Below, one piece after another: positions 56,821 through 64,000 of a DNA stretch of 64,000 nt; within the stretch, counting starts at the first letter, position 1; every line of letters begins with the position of its first letter. Source of the DNA: an uncultured Flavobacteriaceae bacterium (GTDB lineage Bacteria > Bacteroidota > Bacteroidia > Flavobacteriales > Flavobacteriaceae). Below the pieces are notes generated by a model. The model saw only the letters and a program-made list of their open reading frames with translations, made no database searches and was not told where the DNA came from. The translations under genes were made by a program, and so were the position numbers. Where the stretch lies: positions 1,257-65,256 of the forward strand of contig CAZVKA010000003.1 in NCBI GenBank assembly GCA_964627595.1, in the 5' to 3' direction.

Positions 56821-58608
56821 ATGTCTCATTACGAAGCACCTATACGAAAGCCTTTAGTAACCGGCGATAAAACTTATCACGATGTGACTGTTGATGTGGC
56901 TGCACCGGTTGAAGGAAGGGCAAACAAATCATGGTGGATTGTTTTTTCAATTGCACTTGTAGCTTTTCTTTGGGGGTTAGGTTGTATAATCTATACTGTT
57001 TCTACCGGGATTGGTACCTGGGGATTGAATAGGACCGTTGGTTGGGCCTGGGATATCACTAACTTTGTTTGGTGGGTAGGTATAGGTCACGCCGGAACCT
57101 TAATTTCAGCAGTATTACTTTTATTCCGTCAAAAATGGAGGATGGCGATCAACAGGTCTGCTGAAGCTATGACGATCTTCTCTGTTGTACAGGCAGGTTT
57201 GTTCCCTATTATTCACATGGGGCGTCCCTGGCTCGCATATTGGGTATTGCCCATTCCAAACCAGTTCGGATCTTTATGGGTGAACTTTAATTCCCCGCTA
57301 CTCTGGGATGTTTTCGCGATTTCTACATACCTTTCAGTTTCATTGGTATTCTGGTGGACAGGATTACTACCTGACTTCGCTATGATCAGGGACCGCGCTA
57401 TAAAACCTTTCCAAAAACATATTTACGGGATCCTTAGTTTTGGATGGAGCGGCCGCGCTAAAGACTGGCAGCGCTTTGAAGAGGTTTCCCTTGTATTGGC
57501 TGGGTTGGCAACTCCTCTGGTACTTTCTGTACACACGATCGTTTCGTTTGACTTTGCTACTTCGGTAATTCCTGGATGGCATACTACGATCTTCCCTCCA
57601 TATTTCGTGGCAGGTGCGATCTTCTCAGGATTTGCGATGGTAAATACACTTCTCATAATTATGAGAAAAGTATCCAACCTTGAAAATTATATTACCATTC
57701 AACACATTGAATTGATGAATATTGTGATCATGATCACAGGTTCTATTGTTGGTGTGGCATATATTACGGAATTATTCATGGCATGGTACTCAGGAGTGGA
57801 ATACGAACAGTACGCATTCCTTAACCGTGCAACAGGACCTTACTGGTGGGCATACTGGTCAATGATGACCTGTAACGTATTCTCGCCTCAGTTCATGTGG
57901 TTCAAGAAACTTAGAACAAGCATTATGTTCTCTTTCTTTATCTCGATCGTCGTGAACATTGGGATGTGGTTTGAGCGTTTTGTGATCATTGTTACTTCCC
58001 TACACCGTGATTACCTTCCATCTTCCTGGACCATGTTTTCGCCAACCTTTGTAGATATAGGGATCTTCATTGGAACTATAGGGTTCTTCTTCGTGTTGTT
58101 CCTTTTATATGCCCGTACTTTCCCCGTGATCGCACAGGCAGAGGTGAAGACTATTCTTAAATCTTCTGGTGAGAAATATAAAAAGTTGCGTGAAGAACAC
58201 GGTGACCATGTAGATCATACCAATACCATTGTTAGAGAACCTGTAGCGAATGTCGAAGGAGGTTGGATCAAAAGGAATGAGTATGAGGAGAAACGAGAGC
58301 ATGAGCCTACTACCCATACTGAGAGCCTTACCGATTCTGAAATTGACAAGGACCGGATCGATGAAATGCTGAACAGAATTGGAATTTTTGATCCTGCAAC
58401 TCAGTCTGCAGATGACCTTCAAAGGCTTGATGGAGTAGGACCAGTAATGGAGCAGAAACTGCACCAGGTAGGTATTTATACTTATGAGCAGGTTAGCAGA
58501 TTAACAGAAGAAGATTACAAATTGCTGGCAAGGGTGATCGATAACTTCCCTATTTTGGATAAACGTGGGGATTGGAACCAGCAGGCAAACCAACTAAAAA
58601 ACAACTAA
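56821..58608 (+). CDS. actC: Alternative complex III subunit ActC (NrfD family) with C-terminal HhH-like extension
   Basis: WGLNRTVGWAWDITNFVWWVGIGHAGT, HMGRPW; tail DDLQRLDGVGPVMEQKL. Confidence 0.95.
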   Translation: MSHYEAPIRKPLVTGDKTYHDVTVDVAAPVEGRANKSWWIVFSIALVAFLWGLGCIIYTVSTGIGTWGLNRTVGWAWDITNFVWWVGIGHAGTLISAVLLLFRQKWRMAINRSAEAMTIFSVVQAGLFPIIHMGRPWLAYWVLPIPNQFGSLWVNFNSPLLWDVFAISTYLSVSLVFWWTGLLPDFAMIRDRAIKPFQKHIYGILSFGWSGRAKDWQRFEEVSLVLAGLATPLVLSVHTIVSFDFATSVIPGWHTTIFPPYFVAGAIFSGFAMVNTLLIIMRKVSNLENYITIQHIELMNIVIMITGSIVGVAYITELFMAWYSGVEYEQYAFLNRATGPYWWAYWSMMTCNVFSPQFMWFKKLRTSIMFSFFISIVVNIGMWFERFVIIVTSLHRDYLPSSWTMFSPTFVDIGIFIGTIGFFFVLFLLYARTFPVIAQAEVKTILKSSGEKYKKLREEHGDHVDHTNTIVREPVANVEGGWIKRNEYEEKREHEPTTHTESLTDSEIDKDRIDEMLNRIGIFDPATQSADDLQRLDGVGPVMEQKLHQVGIYTYEQVSRLTEEDYKLLARVIDNFPILDKRGDWNQQANQLKNN

Positions 58609-58610
58609 CA

Positions 58611-59138
58611 ATGGCGTCTAAAGTTATACAAGCTATTTATACCGATGATGACTTGCTTTTGCAGGCTGTGAAGCAAGTAAGGGAGGCCCGTTACAGAATT
58701 GGCGAAATATATACTCCATTCCCTGTTCATGGACTGGACAAGGCAATGGGACTTGCTCCTACCAGGCTGGCCATCACGGCTTTTATCTATGGAATTATTG
58801 GACTGGCTGTTGCCGTAGCCATGATGAATTTCATTATGATCGAGGACTGGCCAATGGATATTGGAGGAAAGCCTAGTTTTAGTTTTCTTCAGAATATGCC
58901 ATCTTTTGTGCCAATTATGTTCGAATTAACGGTGTTCTTCGCAGCGCACCTTATGGTATTCACCTTCTTCATGAGAAGTAAACTTTGGCCATTTAAAGCT
59001 GCTGAAAATCCAGATGTAAGAACCACAGATGATCACTTCCTGATGGAAGTTGATGTAGCCAACCATAATACAGAAGACCTAACTGAATTCTTATTCAATA
59101 CTGGAGCTTCTGAAATAAAATTAATTGATAAGAAATAA
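58611..59138 (+). CDS. actD: Alternative complex III subunit ActD (DUF3341)
   Basis: ATG at 58611; YTPFPVHGLD, GGKP, FELTV. Confidence 0.92.
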   Translation: MASKVIQAIYTDDDLLLQAVKQVREARYRIGEIYTPFPVHGLDKAMGLAPTRLAITAFIYGIIGLAVAVAMMNFIMIEDWPMDIGGKPSFSFLQNMPSFVPIMFELTVFFAAHLMVFTFFMRSKLWPFKAAENPDVRTTDDHFLMEVDVANHNTEDLTEFLFNTGASEIKLIDKK

Positions 59139-59142
59139 ACCC

Positions 59143-59817
59143 ATGAAAAGTTTATTTAGAAAATCCATATTCTTCATACTGGCCGTTAGTGCGGTTTCCT
59201 GTATGGATAACTCCAAGCCTAATTACCAGTACATGCCTAACATGCATGAAACTGTACCTTATGAGACCTATGGAGCCTACGATATATTTGTGAATGAGCA
59301 ACAGGCAAAATTACCTGTGGAAGGAACAGTATCAAGAGGATGGAAACCCTACGAATACGAAAACAATCCTGACGGTTTTTCGGCTGCCAAGACAGAACTT
59401 GAGAATCCACTTCCTTATACCGAAGAAAATGTGAATAAGGGAAAGGCCTTATATACCATTTACTGTGCAGTTTGCCATGGAGATAAAGGTGACGGACAGG
59501 GTATCCTGGTTCAAAATGAAAAGATCTTGGGTATTCCGAGTTATGATGATGCGGGTAGAGCTATTACAGAGGGTGGTGTTTACCACGTACAGTACTACGG
59601 TTTAAACGCTATGGGTTCATATGCTTCGCAAACCTCTATTGAAGAGCGTTGGCTTATCACCCACTACGTGATGAAGCTTAAAAATGATCTTGAAGGTGGA
59701 CCTGCCATGGAATTTGAGAATGAAGAAGATCTTATTCCTGCTGTAAACGCCGAAAAGCAGATTGAGCCAAAGGAAACTTCTACGACAGGGGCAGAGGATA
59801 ATCAAAACGAAGAATAA
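59143..59817 (+). CDS. actE: Alternative complex III subunit ActE (lipoprotein monoheme cytochrome c)
   Basis: ATG at 59143; lipobox AVSC; CAVCH. Confidence 0.92.
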   Translation: MKSLFRKSIFFILAVSAVSCMDNSKPNYQYMPNMHETVPYETYGAYDIFVNEQQAKLPVEGTVSRGWKPYEYENNPDGFSAAKTELENPLPYTEENVNKGKALYTIYCAVCHGDKGDGQGILVQNEKILGIPSYDDAGRAITEGGVYHVQYYGLNAMGSYASQTSIEERWLITHYVMKLKNDLEGGPAMEFENEEDLIPAVNAEKQIEPKETSTTGAEDNQNEE

Positions 59818-59838
59818 CAGCATTTAGATATATTAAAT

Positions 59839-61233
59839 ATGTACACGCTATCCAGTAAATTAAAATTATTTTCTATCATTCTTATGGTAGTAGGTCTTTT
59901 AGGTTTGGCCTATGGATTTATTGCTGCACCTTCCACAATCGAAGAAGTGAGAGAGATGGTCGCCCATGACGATCATGGTGAGACGACCGTGGAGATGCCG
60001 CTACCCGGCCAGACAGAAGATGAATTGGAAGATGATGCACGGGGCTTTGACTATGTTCCCTCTGAGCATGAGGTTGAGACCCAAAGAACAGATGAACAGA
60101 CCCATCCAATGGCTGAAGATGAAGAACTGGCACATTTGGAGCACGTTCTACACCAGTTGCAAAATAAACCATGGGCTGCCGTTTATGTTGGTGCATTTTT
60201 CTTTTTTATGATCGCTCTTGGAGTTTTGGCCTTTTATGCGGTACAGTATGCTGCGCAGGCAGGGTGGTCTCCGGTATTATTCAGGGTGATGGAAGGTATA
60301 ACAGCCTATTTGTTACCGGGTAGTATTATAATGTTTATTCTTCTTGCCCTTTCAGGGTTCCACTTGAATCACCTTTTTATTTGGATGGATCCTGAAGTAG
60401 TAGCCCATGATGAGATTATTCAGAACAAATCTGGCTACCTTAATGTGACCTTCTTTCTTATCAGGGCTGCCATTTATATTGCAGGATGGAACATCTTTAG
60501 ATACTTCATGAAGAGGAATTCCCTGCGACAGGATGACGCCACAGATAATACTTATTACAAGAAGAACTTTAAACTGGCAGCAGGATTCCTTGTATTCTTC
60601 ATAGTTACCGAATCAATGATGGCATGGGACTGGATCATGAGCTTTGACCCACACTGGTTTAGTACGCTTTTTGGATGGTATGTATTCTCGAGTATGTTTG
60701 TTTCAGGTATTACCGTGATCGCTTTGGTGAGCATTTATCTTAAGTCACGAGGATATCTTCCGTTTGTTAATGACAGCCACATACATGACCTTGCAAAGTT
60801 CATGTTCGGGATCAGTATTTTCTGGACTTACCTGTGGTTCTCGCAGTTCCTGTTGATCTGGTACTCTAACATTCCAGAAGAAGTTACCTACTTCGTTTCC
60901 AGAATAGAAGATTATGGTCTTGTTTTCTTCGGAATGGTGGCATTAAACTTTATATTCCCGTTATTGTTATTAATGAATAGTGACTTCAAACGTGTGAATT
61001 ATTTTGTGGTAATGACCGGAATTATCATTTTAATTGGTCATTATCTGGATGTGTTTGTGATGGTGATGCCTGCAACGGTTGGAGAATCCTGGTTCATTGG
61101 AATTCCTGAAATAAGTGCCCTCGCATTCTTTGGTGGATTGTTTATTTTTGTGGTATTCAATTCGCTTACAAAAGCACCTCTTCTGGTGAAGAGGAACCCT
61201 TTCAAAAAGGAAAGTGAGCATTATCATTACTAA
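59839..61233 (+). CDS. actF: Alternative complex III subunit ActF
   Basis: WDWIMSFDPHWFST, HDLAKF, WYSNIPEE. Confidence 0.92.
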   Translation: MYTLSSKLKLFSIILMVVGLLGLAYGFIAAPSTIEEVREMVAHDDHGETTVEMPLPGQTEDELEDDARGFDYVPSEHEVETQRTDEQTHPMAEDEELAHLEHVLHQLQNKPWAAVYVGAFFFFMIALGVLAFYAVQYAAQAGWSPVLFRVMEGITAYLLPGSIIMFILLALSGFHLNHLFIWMDPEVVAHDEIIQNKSGYLNVTFFLIRAAIYIAGWNIFRYFMKRNSLRQDDATDNTYYKKNFKLAAGFLVFFIVTESMMAWDWIMSFDPHWFSTLFGWYVFSSMFVSGITVIALVSIYLKSRGYLPFVNDSHIHDLAKFMFGISIFWTYLWFSQFLLIWYSNIPEEVTYFVSRIEDYGLVFFGMVALNFIFPLLLLMNSDFKRVNYFVVMTGIIILIGHYLDVFVMVMPATVGESWFIGIPEISALAFFGGLFIFVVFNSLTKAPLLVKRNPFKKESEHYHY

Positions 61234-61262
61234 TAAAGATTGTTTAAAGAAGAAAGTATAAA

Positions 61263-62357
61263 ATGACGGTATTTTTAATCATAATAGTAGTAGCGCTTTT
61301 TGCGATAACTATCTGGCAATTGTCTAAGATCTTTCAGTTGTCCAGGAGCACAGAAAGCATTGATTCCTCTGAGATCGCAAGTGACAAAGATAACAGGATG
61401 CAGGGTAACCTCATGCTGGCATTTGGAATTGCGTTCTATATCTTCATGATCTATAACTTCTGGAGTTTTGGTGACAGAGCTTTGCCGGCGGCCTCTTCTG
61501 AGCATGGTGCAGATTACGATAACTTGCTATTGATTACTATGGCTGTGATCATGTTTGTACAGGTGATCACTCAGGGTCTCTTACACTATTTCGCATTCAA
61601 GTACAAAGGTAAGAAAGGAACCAAAGCTCTTTTCTTTGCAGATAATGATAAACTGGAATTTGTGTGGACCATTATTCCGGTAATTGTTTTAGCCGGATTG
61701 ATTATTTACGGATTGTTCACCTGGTCTGATATTATGGATATTGATGAGGAAGATGATCCTATCGTCATCGAACTTTATGCAAAGCAGTTTAGCTGGCATG
61801 CCCGTTACGCCGGTAGAGATAATGTACTTGGTAAAGCAAATGTTCGCTTTATCGAAGGTGCCAATACTCTTGGAGTAGATGCAAGTGATTCTTATGCACA
61901 TGATGATGTGTTGACCGGAGAGTTACACCTTCCTGTAGGACGACCCGTTTTGTTCAAAATGCGATCACAGGATGTGTTGCACTCCGCTTATTTCCCTCAC
62001 TTCAGGGCACAGATGAACGTTGTTCCAGGTATGATCACTCAATTCTCGTTCACGCCAACGGTTACTTCCGAAGAGATACGAGGTACCGAATATATGAGAG
62101 AAAAAGTAGCCAGAATCCAGCAGATAAGAAAAGAAAACAGTGAGGAACTAATGGCAGCCGGGGAGGAACCTCTTACGGAATATGAGCAGTTCGACTATTA
62201 CCTGTTATGTAATAAAATTTGTGGGGTAGCGCATTACAATATGCAAATGAAGATCGTAGTAGAAACCCAGGAAGAGTTTGACGCATGGATGGCAGAGCAG
62301 AAGGAGTTTATTGAAACTTACGAACCAGCAGATCAACAAACCGCTTCTGTCGAATAA
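61263..62357 (+). CDS. coxB: aa3-type cytochrome c oxidase subunit II
   Basis: LEFVWT, QDVLHSAY, CNKICGVAHYNM CuA motif. Confidence 0.94.
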   Translation: MTVFLIIIVVALFAITIWQLSKIFQLSRSTESIDSSEIASDKDNRMQGNLMLAFGIAFYIFMIYNFWSFGDRALPAASSEHGADYDNLLLITMAVIMFVQVITQGLLHYFAFKYKGKKGTKALFFADNDKLEFVWTIIPVIVLAGLIIYGLFTWSDIMDIDEEDDPIVIELYAKQFSWHARYAGRDNVLGKANVRFIEGANTLGVDASDSYAHDDVLTGELHLPVGRPVLFKMRSQDVLHSAYFPHFRAQMNVVPGMITQFSFTPTVTSEEIRGTEYMREKVARIQQIRKENSEELMAAGEEPLTEYEQFDYYLLCNKICGVAHYNMQMKIVVETQEEFDAWMAEQKEFIETYEPADQQTASVE

Positions 62358-62413
62358 GCAGAAGTATAGGTAGTAACACAGGTAAAAATAATTAAAGTTA
62401 AGATTAAAAAAAT

Positions 62414-64000
62414 ATGTCAGCAGTAGGACACGCACCGGTTAATGATCACGCTCATGATGACCACCATCATGAGGGTACTTTCATAACGAAGTATATTTTT
62501 AGCATGGACCATAAGGTAATTGCAAAGCAATACCTTTTTACGGCGCTTATTATGGGGATAATAGGGATCGCAATGTCTGTATTCTTCCGTATGCAGATCG
62601 CCTGGCCAGCCGAATCTTTTAAGATATTTGAGATCTTCCTTGGAAAATGGGCTCCAGATGGGGTGATGTCTCCCGAGATCTATCTTGCCCTTGTGACCAT
62701 TCATGGTACCATCATGGTATTCTTTGTATTGACGCAGGGACTGAGTGGTACTTTCAGTAACCTTTTGATCCCGCTTCAAATTGGAGCAAGGGATATGGCT
62801 TCAGGATTTATGAACATGCTTTCTTACTGGTTGTTCTTTATCTCCTGTATCATCATGTTAGGCTCTTTATTCGTGGAAGCTGGTCCTGCTTCTGCAGGAT
62901 GGACCATCTACCCGCCGTTGAGTGCCCTTCCACAGGCTATTGGTGGATCTGGACTGGGAATGACATTATGGTTGGTTTCTATGGCCATCTTCATTGCCTC
63001 TTCCTTGCTTGGTTCCCTTAACTATATTGTTACCGTAATTAACCTTAGAACAAAGGGAATGTCAATGACGCGTTTGCCATTGACCATCTGGGCACTATTT
63101 GTAACTGCTATTATTGGGGTGGTTTCTTTCCCGGTACTTCTTTCTGCAGCTTTGATGCTTATCATGGATAGAAGCTTTGGCACCTCATTTTTCCTGAGTG
63201 ACATCTATATCAAAGGAGAAGTATTGCACTACCAGGGAGGTTCTCCTGTTCTTTTTGAGCACTTGTTCTGGTTCCTTGGTCACCCAGAAGTTTATATTGT
63301 AATTCTTCCGGCCATGGGTATCGCTTCTGAGATTCTGGCGACAAACGCGAGAAAGCCCATCTTCGGATATCGTGCGATGATCGCATCCATTCTTGGAATC
63401 GCATTTTTGTCAACTATCGTATGGGGTCACCACATGTTCGTCTCTGGTATGAACCCGTTCCTTGGATCTGTGTTTACCTTTACTACCTTATTGATCGCCA
63501 TTCCTTCCGCAGTAAAAGCGTTTAACTGGATCACGACCATTTGGAAAGGTAACCTGCAAATGAACCCATCTATGCTGTTCTCTATTGGTTTTGTTTCAAC
63601 TTTCATTACCGGAGGTTTAACAGGACTTGTATTGGGAGATAGTACGCTGGATATTAACGTGCATGATACTTACTTCGTTGTGGCTCACTTCCACCTGGTA
63701 ATGGGTATTTCTGCCCTTTACGGGATGTTTGCCGGTATCTACCACTGGTTCCCTAAGATGTTTGGTAGAATGATGAACAAGAATATGGGATATATCCACT
63801 TCTGGATTACCATAATTGGTGCCTACGGAGTATTCTTCCCAATGCACTTTGTTGGAATGGCAGGTCTGCCCAGAAGGTACTATGATAATACCGCCTTTCC
63901 GTATTTTGATGACCTTGCAGATATCAACGTGTTGATCACGATATTTGCGATCATTACCGCTTTGGTGCAGTTGGTATTCCTGTACAACTTCATCCATTCT
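62414..64000 (+). CDS. coxA: aa3-type (A1) cytochrome c oxidase subunit I, 3' end outside window
   Basis: Not in ORF track; manual translation MSAVGHAPVNDHAHDDHHHEG...HGTIM...GWTIYPPL...WFLGHPEVY...WGHH...HDTYFVVAHFH. Confidence 0.95.
   Translation, partial: MSAVGHAPVNDHAHDDHHHEGTFITKYIFSMDHKVIAKQYLFTALIMGIIGIAMSVFFRMQIAWPAESFKIFEIFLGKWAPDGVMSPEIYLALVTIHGTIMVFFVLTQGLSGTFSNLLIPLQIGARDMASGFMNMLSYWLFFISCIIMLGSLFVEAGPASAGWTIYPPLSALPQAIGGSGLGMTLWLVSMAIFIASSLLGSLNYIVTVINLRTKGMSMTRLPLTIWALFVTAIIGVVSFPVLLSAALMLIMDRSFGTSFFLSDIYIKGEVLHYQGGSPVLFEHLFWFLGHPEVYIVILPAMGIASEILATNARKPIFGYRAMIASILGIAFLSTIVWGHHMFVSGMNPFLGSVFTFTTLLIAIPSAVKAFNWITTIWKGNLQMNPSMLFSIGFVSTFITGGLTGLVLGDSTLDINVHDTYFVVAHFHLVMGISALYGMFAGIYHWFPKMFGRMMNKNMGYIHFWITIIGAYGVFFPMHFVGMAGLPRRYYDNTAFPYFDDLADINVLITIFAIITALVQLVFLYNFIHS

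Noticed and set aside
1-64000. tRNA, rRNA, CRISPR array, IS/transposase, integrase, prophage
   Set aside because: None recognised; intergenic gaps are short and explained by promoters and terminators.

Overview
Chromosomal region of a Bacteroidota bacterium, very likely Flavobacteriaceae (no Shine-Dalgarno motifs, TAnnTTTG -7 promoter elements, fused ccoNO, Flavobacterium-type ACIII-aa3 operon). About 1-47 kb is a low-oxygen/NO-response island: 2-oxoacid:ferredoxin and pyruvate:ferredoxin oxidoreductases, ferredoxin, hemN, truncated globin, a YceI/OM-barrel/CoA-transferase block, cbb3 oxidase, NirK-cyt c, qNor, ric, USPs, and a FixL-like heme-PAS kinase coupled to a receiver-Crp/Fnr fusion. 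It is followed by rimP-nusA-infB and actABCDEF-coxBA. The strongest signal read from the DNA is regulatory. Ten promoters carry a (A/C)TGAY-N5-TCAT box exactly 23 nt before a -7-like element. An eleventh box lies downstream of the ACIII-aa3 promoter (repressive position). A second palindrome, RGACA-N4-TGTCY, was seen at the three NO-related promoters. No rRNA, tRNA, CRISPR array or transposase was seen. All family calls are by eye; no database search was run.
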